The translations under genes were made by a program, and so were the position numbers. From an uncultured bacterium (lineage in GTDB: Bacteria > Patescibacteriota > Patescibacteriia > Patescibacteriales > UBA12465): 64,000 nucleotides of DNA. The stretch spans positions 6,627-70,626 of the forward strand of contig OW818634.1 in assembly GCA_942492765.1 (NCBI GenBank), in the 5' to 3' direction. The number at the start of each line of letters is the position of its first letter. Position 1 is the first letter of the stretch. Below are positions 55,795 through 64,000 of the stretch, one piece after another. Under the pieces are notes generated by a model. It searched no databases and was not told where the DNA came from. It saw nothing but the letters and a program-made list of their open reading frames with translations.

Positions 55795-57522
55795 ATGGTT
55801 AGCCCAAATTTAGCTAAACGCGCTGAAGATGACCGCCCTGTGGAGGTCAATGACGATGCCAAGAAGCTTTTTCAGATTATTTATAGCGAAAAGAACAAGA
55901 AAGCGGAGCTGGATGAGAATATTCCGAAGATCAAGGTTTCGACCCTGATTTCTCGAGTCGCTTTTTTCTATGAAAAAGTCAGGAACGCGGTTGATTATGA
56001 AGAAGAGCATCTCCTCCGCAAGAACGCCATTTCTCGCATCCTGCGCCGCCAGATAATTATCGAAGGCGTGGTCATGGAAACCGATAGCGCTAAGATCGCC
56101 GAACATCTGCTCGTTGAATTGATCCGCGCCAGCTATCTGTCGAATAATGCTATTCCAGAAACTAAGATCGGCGAGATCGCCGGCTTATTGGAAAAATATA
56201 TCCGTCTTAAGGATAAGGTCGCGGCCAAGATAAATGCCGGCTTGAATTTAAAAACTGATATCAATAAAGCTAAGGATTTGATCGCAGAGAAGAATAAGCT
56301 GATTCATTGGCTCTTGGATATGGCCGCCTGCGAGATCGAAGAGAATCTGGCGCCCAATCCGATCAAGGCCACTATCGTCGATAATCTCTTTTCCGTCCTG
56401 CGCAAGAACCTGAGATTGCCAGCCGACCTGCCATACGAGGATGACCTGGAGATCCAGATATACCTGAGCATCGGCCGCACTTTTTCAAAATTTGACGCGG
56501 ACATGCTCGGCTTCATCCTATTCAAATATTATAATCCCGGCTGGCCCAGCCTTGCTTCCGAGGCGCAGTTGCCTGAAGCTGAAGATGGCCAGATAAACGA
56601 GATCGCGAGCCATATAGTTTCTTTGCGCGAGAAGATTGACGCGCAGCTCGCTCACCCGCTTATTAAGCAGCTCGACCGCATCGTCAAGGTTTATGCCTTG
56701 TATTTCTCTATCCTGTCGGAAACGATCGAAAGCGATCCGGCTAAAGTCTACGGCGAATTGCAGAAAGGCGAGAAGAGCTTCATTTCTCTTATCCGTAAGG
56801 TCTGCAATAAGAAATACCTGAAAGCTAAATCGCGGTTATGGCGCGCCGCCATAAGAGGCATCATCTATATCTTCCTGACAAAATCTATTTTCGTCGTGTT
56901 GATCGAAGTGCCGGCGATCAAATTCTTCAATGAGCCGATAAACCCGATTTCATTGGGAATAAACATCGCTTTCCCAGCCATACTTTTATTCATCATCGTT
57001 TTCCTGACGCGCACGCCTAAGGAGAATAATACCGATAAGATCGTCAGCGGCATCAAGGAGATCGCTTTTGCGGGCAGCGAGAAGAAGCAGCCGCTCATGC
57101 TCCGCCGCCCTTCGCGCCGCAGCTGGCTCAAGGACGGGATATTCCATCTGATTTACGCGGCCTCTTTCTGTTTCTCGGTCTGGGTGGTCATCTGGGCTCT
57201 GAACAAGATAAATTTCAACTGGGTCAGCATCATCATCTTCCTGTTCTTCTTGGCTTTCGTCAGCTTCTTCAGCGTACTGACGACTAAAGGCGTTAAAGAA
57301 TTGATAATAGTGGAACGCCGGGAGAATATCCTGACTTTCCTGCTGGATCTTTTCTATATGCCGATAATCCTGGTCGGCCGCTGGCTGTCCGGACAATTTG
57401 CTAAGGTCAACGTCTTCATCTTCCTGTTCGATTTCGTCATCGAAGCGCCCTTCAAGGTCTTAGTGGAAATAGCGGAAGACTGGACTAAGTATGTCCGGGA
57501 GCGCCGCGATAACATGGATTAA
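55795..57522 (+). CDS. Hypothetical membrane protein (575 aa): a soluble N-terminal ~340 aa followed by a multi-TM C-terminal half
   Basis: ORF and hydropathy only. No recognisable motifs. Confidence 0.45.
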   Translation: MVSPNLAKRAEDDRPVEVNDDAKKLFQIIYSEKNKKAELDENIPKIKVSTLISRVAFFYEKVRNAVDYEEEHLLRKNAISRILRRQIIIEGVVMETDSAKIAEHLLVELIRASYLSNNAIPETKIGEIAGLLEKYIRLKDKVAAKINAGLNLKTDINKAKDLIAEKNKLIHWLLDMAACEIEENLAPNPIKATIVDNLFSVLRKNLRLPADLPYEDDLEIQIYLSIGRTFSKFDADMLGFILFKYYNPGWPSLASEAQLPEAEDGQINEIASHIVSLREKIDAQLAHPLIKQLDRIVKVYALYFSILSETIESDPAKVYGELQKGEKSFISLIRKVCNKKYLKAKSRLWRAAIRGIIYIFLTKSIFVVLIEVPAIKFFNEPINPISLGINIAFPAILLFIIVFLTRTPKENNTDKIVSGIKEIAFAGSEKKQPLMLRRPSRRSWLKDGIFHLIYAASFCFSVWVVIWALNKINFNWVSIIIFLFFLAFVSFFSVLTTKGVKELIIVERRENILTFLLDLFYMPIILVGRWLSGQFAKVNVFIFLFDFVIEAPFKVLVEIAEDWTKYVRERRDNMD

Positions 57523-57523
57523 T

Positions 57524-58216
57524 ATGGGCATATTAAGGATAGTCGCTACGCCGATAGGAAATCTCGAAGATCTGACTCACCGCGCGGAGCGGACGCTTAA
57601 AGAGTCGGATTTCGTGCTGTGCGAAGATACGCGCGTCACTAAGAGATTATTAGATCATTACGGTATCAAGACGCCGACTATCTCTTACCATCAGCATTCC
57701 GGCGACCTGAAGACTGATAAGATTATCGCTCTATTGAAGGAAGGGAAGAATCTAGCGCTCGTGACTGATGCCGGCACGCCGGGCATATCTGATCCGGGCA
57801 GCAAGCTCGTCTCCGCGGTCAGGGAAGAATTCGGGAATTCAGTCTTGATTGAAAGCGTTCCCGGAGTTTCCGCGCTCGCAACAGCTATATCTATTGCCGG
57901 AGTCGGTTTCGACCGCTTCTTATTTTTAGGCTTCCTGCCGCATAAGAAAGGCCGACAGACCATGCTGAAGCAGATATTCAAGAGCGAATATCCGGCCGTC
58001 ACTTATGAATCAAAGCACCGGATCGTAAAATTATTAGAAGAATTAATAGTCATGAGCGGAGAATTACAGATTCCAGTGGAAGTCAAAGTCGCGCGCGAGC
58101 TGACTAAGATGTTTGAGAGCTTCTATAGCGGCGCTCCGGAAAAAGTTTTAGAGGAATTACAATCTGATCCTAATAGCCTGAAGGGAGAATTTGTCGTGCT
58201 TATTAATAAGAAATAA
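57524..58216 (+). CDS. rsmI: 16S rRNA (cytidine1402-2'-O)-methyltransferase RsmI. The start is taken at the internal Met (MGILRIV), 1 nt after the upstream stop.
   Basis: The tetrapyrrole-methylase-like N-terminus is LRIVATPIGNLEDLTHRAERTLKESDFVLCEDTR. Confidence 0.8.
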   Translation: MGILRIVATPIGNLEDLTHRAERTLKESDFVLCEDTRVTKRLLDHYGIKTPTISYHQHSGDLKTDKIIALLKEGKNLALVTDAGTPGISDPGSKLVSAVREEFGNSVLIESVPGVSALATAISIAGVGFDRFLFLGFLPHKKGRQTMLKQIFKSEYPAVTYESKHRIVKLLEELIVMSGELQIPVEVKVARELTKMFESFYSGAPEKVLEELQSDPNSLKGEFVVLINKK

Positions 58217-58229
58217 AGATAACCCCGAT

Positions 58230-59672
58230 ATGCCTGAGTCAAAAAATTTTTACATCACTACCACTTTGCCCTATATCAACTCCGAGCCGCACATCGGCTT
58301 CGCGGCCGAGATAATCAAGGCGGACGTCATCGCCCGCTATGAGCGCCAGCGCGGCCGGAAAGTCTTTTTCAATACCGGGACTGACGAGCACGGCCTAAAG
58401 ATCTATCAGAAAGCGCAGGAATTAGGCCTGGAGGTGCAGGCTTATTGCGATGAATATTCGGCGAAATTCCGGCCCTTGAAGGAGAAGCTGAATCTGACTT
58501 ATGACAAGTTCATCCGCACGACCGACGCTGATCATGAAGCGGCGGCGCAAGCCTTCTGGAAGAGATGCGACGCGAATGGCGATATCTATAAGAAGACTTA
58601 TAAGATAAAATATTGCGTCGGCTGCGAATTGGAAAAAACCGATTCCGAATTAGTCAACGGGCGCTGCCCGCTGCATCCGAACAGGGAACTGGAAATCATC
58701 GACGAAGAGAATTATTTTTTCCGTTTCTCTAAATATCAGGAACCGCTCTTGAAATTATATGAATCTAATCCGGAATTCGTCCTGCCGTCCAGCCGTTTGA
58801 AGGAGATTAGGACCTTTGTCGAGGGTGGCCTGCAGGATTTCAGCATCTCGCGCGTGAAAGAGAAGATGCCGCACGGTATCGCAGTTCCGGGCGATGACAC
58901 TCAGGTCATGTATGTTTGGTTTGATGCTTTGGTTAATTATATTTCGACGCTCGGCTGGCCTGATGAATCAGGCGATTTTAAGGCCTATTGGCCCGGACTG
59001 CAGGTCTGCGGCAAGGATAATCTTCGTCCGCAAGCGGCCATGTGGCAGGCTATGCTTTTGTCGGCTGGGATTCCTAATTCTCTTCAGGTTTTAGTCTTTG
59101 GTTTCCTGACAGTCAACGGCCAGAAGATCAGCAAAAGCCTGGGCAATACGGTCGATCCTTTCGAATTGGCCGATAAATACGGCGCCGACGCCGTCCGCTA
59201 TTATCTCTTGGCAGAGATTCCGCCCTTTGAAGACGGAGATTACTCGGAAGAGAAATTCAAGGAGCGCTATAATGCCGACCTAGCGAACGGCTTAGGAAAT
59301 CTGGCAGCGCGCGTTTCAAATTTATTAGAGAAGAATGAGATTAAGACTGAACTGAAAATCGATTTAGAGAATGCCTATATCAAGAAGGCTGTTAAAGATT
59401 TCGAGGCGAGTATGTCCGGCTATCGTTTCAATGAAGCCTTGCAGATAATTTGGGGCCAGCTCCGGGATTGCAACGAAACTCTCAGCCATAAGGCGCCTTG
59501 GAAGATGACTGATAAGAAAGAGATCGAAGATGTCCTGAAACCTTTATCGATCACGATCCTTAATTGCGCTTATCTGCTAGAGCCTTTCATTCCAGCCGTG
59601 GCGCAAAAGATACAAAAACAATTTTCCGAAGTGCAGGTGGAAAAAGGAGAAATATTATTTCCAAGAATTTAA
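58230..59672 (+). CDS. metG: Methionyl-tRNA synthetase (short class I form). The start is taken at MPESKNFYITT.
   Basis: A HIGH-region variant (EPHIGFA), a zinc knuckle (CVGCELE...CPLH) and KMSKS (KISKSLGN) are present. Confidence 0.85.
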   Translation: MPESKNFYITTTLPYINSEPHIGFAAEIIKADVIARYERQRGRKVFFNTGTDEHGLKIYQKAQELGLEVQAYCDEYSAKFRPLKEKLNLTYDKFIRTTDADHEAAAQAFWKRCDANGDIYKKTYKIKYCVGCELEKTDSELVNGRCPLHPNRELEIIDEENYFFRFSKYQEPLLKLYESNPEFVLPSSRLKEIRTFVEGGLQDFSISRVKEKMPHGIAVPGDDTQVMYVWFDALVNYISTLGWPDESGDFKAYWPGLQVCGKDNLRPQAAMWQAMLLSAGIPNSLQVLVFGFLTVNGQKISKSLGNTVDPFELADKYGADAVRYYLLAEIPPFEDGDYSEEKFKERYNADLANGLGNLAARVSNLLEKNEIKTELKIDLENAYIKKAVKDFEASMSGYRFNEALQIIWGQLRDCNETLSHKAPWKMTDKKEIEDVLKPLSITILNCAYLLEPFIPAVAQKIQKQFSEVQVEKGEILFPRI

Positions 59673-59684
59673 TTAATAAATATT

Positions 59685-60218
59685 ATGTCAACTTTTGACA
59701 TCGTCCTCATCATCATCGTCGGCCTGTTTATGGTCAACGGCTTATTCAAAGGCCTGATCAAGCTCCTGGGCAATATCGCCGGGCTCATCGTCGGAGCCTA
59801 TGTCTCGAGCCATTTCTATCTCAATTTCTATGCCTTCGCTTTGAAGTGGCAGTGGTTGGCGAATTGGGCGTCTAGCCATGAAAATTTTGCCAAGGTTTTG
59901 GCTTTCATTATCCTGTTCGCGCTGGTGACGCGTTTGACCGCCCTCCTATTTTTAATTATTGAAAAGATTTTTAATTTTATCGCTGTCATTCCGGGAAGCC
60001 GCTATATCAATAACCTCCTGGGCGCCGCTCTCGGTTTGTTAGAAGGAGCGCTGTCGGTTGGATTAATAATCTATGTCGTTTCGCGCTATACGCTCATCAG
60101 CAATTTCTTCGGCGCTCAGCTGACCGATTCCGTCGTCGCCCCGCTCTTGTTGAAAGTCGTAAATATCATCCTGCCGATATTGCCGGAAGCCTTGAAGGCT
60201 TTGAAAGCAATCATCTAA
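59685..60218 (+). CDS. cvpA: CvpA-family membrane protein
   Basis: The N-terminus FDIVLIIIVGLFMVNGLFKGLIK is typical of CvpA, with 4 TM helices. Confidence 0.7.
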   Translation: MSTFDIVLIIIVGLFMVNGLFKGLIKLLGNIAGLIVGAYVSSHFYLNFYAFALKWQWLANWASSHENFAKVLAFIILFALVTRLTALLFLIIEKIFNFIAVIPGSRYINNLLGAALGLLEGALSVGLIIYVVSRYTLISNFFGAQLTDSVVAPLLLKVVNIILPILPEALKALKAII

Positions 60219-60247
60219 TTGCGAATAGTCTATTTAAATAGCGGTCT

Positions 60248-61399
60248 TTAGAGGTGAAGCATCGGCTTCCTATCGAGCTGCAATATCTCTTCGCCCTCGA
60301 TCCAATATTTTTTGTTGACGATATTATAATAAGCGGCGATGCCGATCATGCCGGCGTTGTCGCTGCGGAATCTGGCTTCGGGAAGGAAATAATCTTTTCC
60401 TAGTTTCCTGGCTAGAGAGCCGATTTCGCGGACTATATATTCATTATTGCTCACTCCGCCGCCGACAACGACGGATTTTATCTCCGGGCGGAGCTTGATG
60501 GCTTTGCGCAGCTTAAAGGCTAGCGATTTCGCGATCGCGTTGATGAATTCGCGCGCGAAGTCATAGGACCAATCCGTATCTTTGGCGTATCTAGCTCTGA
60601 GATCGCGGATCTTGTATAAACAAGCGGTCTTCAGGCCGGAAAAGCTGAAATTCAAGTCGCCGGAGCGCATCATCGGTATCGGCAATCCGAAACGGCCGGC
60701 GATTTCTGAGAGCGGCTTCTTGTCGTTTCTCTCCTCGAATCCTAAATGGGCGTCCGCCCATTTTTTGCTGGCTCGTCCGGCTAAGAGAGTGATGACTGGG
60801 CCGCCCGGATAGCCGAGATCAAGCATCCTGGCAACTTTATCGAAAGCTTCGCCGGCAGCATCATCTAGCGTCTCTCCTAGGACTTCGTATTCATTCAAGG
60901 CCGCGGCATATATTATTTCGGTATGATTTCCAGACATCAGGAGCGCTAAGGCCGGGAAGATTCCTCCTTCTTGATTCCGCCCAATCCGCCCCTTAGCCTC
61001 TTTATTCAGGATGAATGAAGCGAGCATATGCCCCTCCATATGGTTTATCGGTACGAGTTTTTTCTTCTGACTATAAGCCAGATTTTTCGCGAAATCGACG
61101 CCGACTTCTAAGGCGATAGCTAGGCCGGGACCGTAAGTGACCGCGACGAATTCGATTTCTTTTTCCGTGATCCGAGCTCTTTTCAGGGCTTCCTGATATA
61201 CTTTTTCAATATTCTCTTTATGGGCTCGCTTGGCGATATCCGGCACGACGCCGCCCCATTTTTTATGGAGTTCGACTTGCGATGAGATTACGCTCGATAG
61301 GACGCACCGGCCTTTCAAGACGGCGACGGAGGTGTCGTCGCAGCTCGTGTCAATCGCTAAGATGAGCGGTCCAGTTTTAGGGGTTGCGATCCTATTCAT
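60248..61399 (-). CDS. tsaD: tRNA N6-adenosine threonylcarbamoyltransferase (TsaD/Kae1 family)
   Basis: SCDDTSVAV and the metal-binding HMEGHM are present. Confidence 0.85.
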   Translation of the reverse strand: MNRIATPKTGPLILAIDTSCDDTSVAVLKGRCVLSSVISSQVELHKKWGGVVPDIAKRAHKENIEKVYQEALKRARITEKEIEFVAVTYGPGLAIALEVGVDFAKNLAYSQKKKLVPINHMEGHMLASFILNKEAKGRIGRNQEGGIFPALALLMSGNHTEIIYAAALNEYEVLGETLDDAAGEAFDKVARMLDLGYPGGPVITLLAGRASKKWADAHLGFEERNDKKPLSEIAGRFGLPIPMMRSGDLNFSFSGLKTACLYKIRDLRARYAKDTDWSYDFAREFINAIAKSLAFKLRKAIKLRPEIKSVVVGGGVSNNEYIVREIGSLARKLGKDYFLPEARFRSDNAGMIGIAAYYNIVNKKYWIEGEEILQLDRKPMLHL

Positions 61400-62492
61400 A
61401 GGTTTTTATGTTTCTAGTGTTCTCATCAAGATAATCGAAGATGACATTGATTATTTTGCCGTCAGCTTTTTTTATCTTCGTTTTCAAGTCATCAAAGAAT
61501 TTATCGGCCCATTCAATTGCAATGATATTGCCAGAGCGAAGATATTGATCGAGTCCGATGGTTTCCAGGTCTTTCAGGCTATCTATTCTCCAAGTGTCGA
61601 TATGGATGAACTTGCCCTGCCTTTGGCCGAGCGCATATTCATATTCGTTCAGGATCGTGAAGGTCGGAGATTTGATAATCTCCTTGATGCCGAGCTGACC
61701 CGCTAATCCTTTCGAGAATTGGGTCTTGCCTGCGCCGAGCTCGCCGCTTAGGAAAAACACGAGCGGCCCGGAGAGCGGTTCGTCGATATATTTCAGCATG
61801 TTCATGGCTCCAAAGCTGACAGTCTGCTCTTCGCCGCCCGTTTCCGCGGACATGACTGCTTTCTGATCGGATAATTGTTGCGCCAGGTTGATCTGACCCG
61901 GTCGCATGACGTTCAGGTTATTCATGCTCGTATCGACTACGGTCGAAGTTTCGCGATGCGGCAATTCTCCGGCATCGATGATCATATCTATCAGTTCCTG
62001 GTTTTTTTTCGGGGTATTCTGCAGCAAGGAGTTCACGCTGTAAGGTTTGGGCATATAGGAGACGTTCGCCGATGTCGCCGTAAACGGTTTTCCGAAGTTG
62101 CGAATAATATTCAGGACCAACTCGTTGTCTGGTATTCGGATTCCCAAGGTGCCGTATTCAGATTCTACTCCTTTAGCGACTCGGCCCAGCCCTTTGGAAA
62201 TCACAGTTATCGGGCCGGGCAGGTAGTTCTTGTAGAGATTCTCGGCCACCTCGTTGAGGGCTGCATATTCAGAAGCCATTTTCATATCGCTGACAGCGAT
62301 AGAGAGCGGCTTACCCTCCCGCCGCGTCTTATAGGAATATAGCTTGTTTATGGCCGCCTGGTTAGTGGCATCGGCGCCGAGGCCGTAGCAGGTTTCGGTC
62401 GGGAATACGAAAATGCCCCCATTCTTTAGGACATTTAGGGCCTTTTTAATGATTAGAGCAGAATTTTCTTTTGTATATCTGATACGTTCCAT
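61392..62492 (-). CDS. Fusion protein: L-threonylcarbamoyladenylate synthase (TsaC/YrdC domain) plus a TsaE-like P-loop ATPase
   Basis: The N-terminal FVFPTETCYGLGADA is the YrdC signature. The C-terminal half has the TsaE Walker A GELGAGKTQFSKG and IHIDTWRI. There is an 8-nt overlap with tsaD. Confidence 0.7.
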   Translation of the reverse strand: MERIRYTKENSALIIKKALNVLKNGGIFVFPTETCYGLGADATNQAAINKLYSYKTRREGKPLSIAVSDMKMASEYAALNEVAENLYKNYLPGPITVISKGLGRVAKGVESEYGTLGIRIPDNELVLNIIRNFGKPFTATSANVSYMPKPYSVNSLLQNTPKKNQELIDMIIDAGELPHRETSTVVDTSMNNLNVMRPGQINLAQQLSDQKAVMSAETGGEEQTVSFGAMNMLKYIDEPLSGPLVFFLSGELGAGKTQFSKGLAGQLGIKEIIKSPTFTILNEYEYALGQRQGKFIHIDTWRIDSLKDLETIGLDQYLRSGNIIAIEWADKFFDDLKTKIKKADGKIINVIFDYLDENTRNIKTYE

Positions 62493-62608
62493 AGGCGGGT
62501 TTTTGGCGTTAAGCTGGCAAGTGTTCGGTTGCCAGTCTCAATAAATAAAAACAATAACATATTTTTGCTATTATTTCAAGCTTCAAACTGAGTGATTTTC
62601 CATCCGGT

Positions 62609-63964
62609 TTGCTTAAAAATAATTTATTGGCTAAAATACTAATGAGCTTAGTTGGAAAATCGTGTGGCGGCATTAAAATAAATAAACAAAGTATGCTTAA
62701 TCTGATTGTTAGGAAATTAAATAGAGTCAGCAGAGAATCATATAAGAAGGCCGGCTTAATCCTGGTCGTCCTGGTTGTCTTGGGCGGCATATTCTTCGTC
62801 GGTTTTTATTCAGGAAAAAAGAAAAGCAATAGCCTTTCTTCCGGCAATCGCCTAATCGCTTATTCGAAAGAAGCGGCTGGCGCCGAGAGCGGCCGAGAAG
62901 GGCAGGCAATCGATTTTAATCTTTATTGGCAGGTTTGGGACAGCTTGAAGACTGACTATGTCGATAATAATAAGGTGAAGGATGAGGATCTTTTCTATGG
63001 CTCCCTGAAAGGCCTGGCCGCCGCCGCTGGCGATCCTTATACTGTCTTCATGGATCCGAAAGAATCTAAAGAATTCACTGACGATCTCGCCGGAACTTTC
63101 GAAGGCATCGGCGCCGAAGTCGGCATGCGCAACGATATCACGACTATAGTCGCGCCTTTAGACGGCATGCCGGCTCAGAAGGCCGGGGTGCGCGCGGGCG
63201 ATAAGGTTTATGCTGTCGACGGCGTCTCGACTCTGGGTCTGAGCGTCAGCGAAGTGGTCGCTAAGATCCGCGGTCCGAAAGACACGAAAGTCGTCCTGAC
63301 TATCATCAGGGGAAAAGAAAAGCCGCGTGATATCACGGTAACGCGCTCCGTTATCATCGTTAAGAGCGTTAAGACGGAGATGCGCGCTGACGGTATATAT
63401 GTCATTAGAGTAAGCAATTTCAACGATGATACCGAAGACCTTTTCAATACGGCCGTTAATAATATATTAATAAAGAATCCGAAGGGAATAATCTTAGATC
63501 TGCGCAATAATCCAGGCGGCTATCTGGAAACAGCCGTCAATATGGCGAGCGAATGGATAGAGGCTGGCCCGATCGTGGCGGAACAATTCAACGGCAATCG
63601 CCGCAATGAATATCCGTCTAGCGGTCGCGCCCGCTTGAAGAATATTCCGACTATTGTACTGGTTAATAACGGCAGCGCCTCCGCTTCGGAAATCTTAGCT
63701 GGCGCTTTGAGAGATTATAAGAAAGCAACTATCGTCGGGGAGATAACTTATGGCAAGGGCTCTGTTCAGAGCTTGAGCGATCTGGCTGGTGGCGCGTCCC
63801 TGAAGATGACTATCGCTCATTGGCTGACTCCGGCTGGCGATTTTATCAATGAGAAAGGCTTAACTCCGAATATAGAAGTTAAATTGACGACGGCCGATGC
63901 TGATAAGGGCCTAGATCCGCAATTTGATAAGGCGGTAGAATTATTGAAAGCAGTGAAGAAATAA
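62609..63964 (+). CDS. ctpA: S41-family C-terminal processing peptidase (CtpA/Tsp-like) with an N-terminal TM anchor and a PDZ domain. The true start may be one of the internal Mets (e.g. 62693).
   Basis: PDZ (GMPAQKAGVRAGDKV) and the S41 catalytic region (LDLRNNPGGYL ... the Ser/Lys dyad context) are present. Confidence 0.75.
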   Translation: MLKNNLLAKILMSLVGKSCGGIKINKQSMLNLIVRKLNRVSRESYKKAGLILVVLVVLGGIFFVGFYSGKKKSNSLSSGNRLIAYSKEAAGAESGREGQAIDFNLYWQVWDSLKTDYVDNNKVKDEDLFYGSLKGLAAAAGDPYTVFMDPKESKEFTDDLAGTFEGIGAEVGMRNDITTIVAPLDGMPAQKAGVRAGDKVYAVDGVSTLGLSVSEVVAKIRGPKDTKVVLTIIRGKEKPRDITVTRSVIIVKSVKTEMRADGIYVIRVSNFNDDTEDLFNTAVNNILIKNPKGIILDLRNNPGGYLETAVNMASEWIEAGPIVAEQFNGNRRNEYPSSGRARLKNIPTIVLVNNGSASASEILAGALRDYKKATIVGEITYGKGSVQSLSDLAGGASLKMTIAHWLTPAGDFINEKGLTPNIEVKLTTADADKGLDPQFDKAVELLKAVKK

Positions 63965-63965
63965 A

Positions 63966-63998
63966 AAAGGGGCGATTTTTTCGCCCCCAATTTTTTGG
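63966..63998 (+). terminator. Rho-independent terminator (ggggcga-tttttt-tcgcccc followed by a T-run)
   Basis: A perfect 7-bp stem followed by caatttttt. Confidence 0.75.
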
Positions 63999-64000
63999 AA

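Overview
This is a 64 kb, gene-dense window (about 90% coding) with roughly 47-50% GC, mostly transcribed on the + strand. The gene content suggests a small-genome bacterium of the Patescibacteria/CPR type, but that is inference only. The supporting observations are: a C-terminally truncated pyruvate kinase, ribosomal protein L1 and IscU carrying lysine-rich tails, a DUF4012-like giant envelope protein, a PSP1 gene, a TsaC-TsaE fusion, a HydA-type [FeFe] hydrogenase, and many large hypothetical membrane or surface proteins.

Recognisable housekeeping blocks:
- Cell wall: ftsI-like PBP (5' truncated at the window edge) followed by murF.
- Envelope glycan locus: rmlD, an rmlA-like nucleotidyltransferase, GT2, GT4, a DUF4012 protein and a repeat-rich surface protein.
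- tgt, pyk, eno, rlmN, sod, rpsB-tsf, gap, cca, a cyclophilin, iscS and iscU.
- The secE-nusG-rplK-rplA block on the - strand.
- rsmI-metG-cvpA, tsaD overlapping a tsaC/tsaE fusion, and an S41 peptidase.

Most notable loci:
1. A 7.5 kb gene (29660-37132) encodes a 2,490-aa secreted RHS/YD-repeat polymorphic-toxin-like protein. Its domain order is: SpvB-like N-terminus, three tandem ~330 bp FG-GAP/VCBS units (the first two near-identical), two CBM-like modules, an RHS core, and a 181-aa variable C-terminal toxin tip. It is immediately followed by a small TM immunity candidate. Downstream of that lies a frameshifted ~115 bp remnant homologous to an internal stretch of the main gene, which looks like the scar of a toxin-tip replacement.
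2. A tightly coupled three-gene operon encodes a CYTH-like protein, a MoaA-type radical SAM enzyme with extra C-terminal cysteines, and a DegT-family PLP aminotransferase. Its function is uncharacterised.
3. A pyrF-pyrE fusion gene sits in an AT-rich compositional island of about 39% GC with its own promoter and terminator, suggesting horizontal acquisition.
4. A protein combining sigma-70 region 4 with a HARE-HTH/delta-like C-terminus.
5. Tandem paralogous genes sharing an N-terminal motif, one of which carries a GreA-like elongation-factor domain.
6. An [FeFe] hydrogenase HydA plus a NuoF-like flavoprotein, separated by a membrane protein and with no NuoE-like partner in the window.
7. A hairpin-rich ~145 nt leader upstream of rpsB.

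I recognised no rRNA, tRNA, CRISPR array or transposase.
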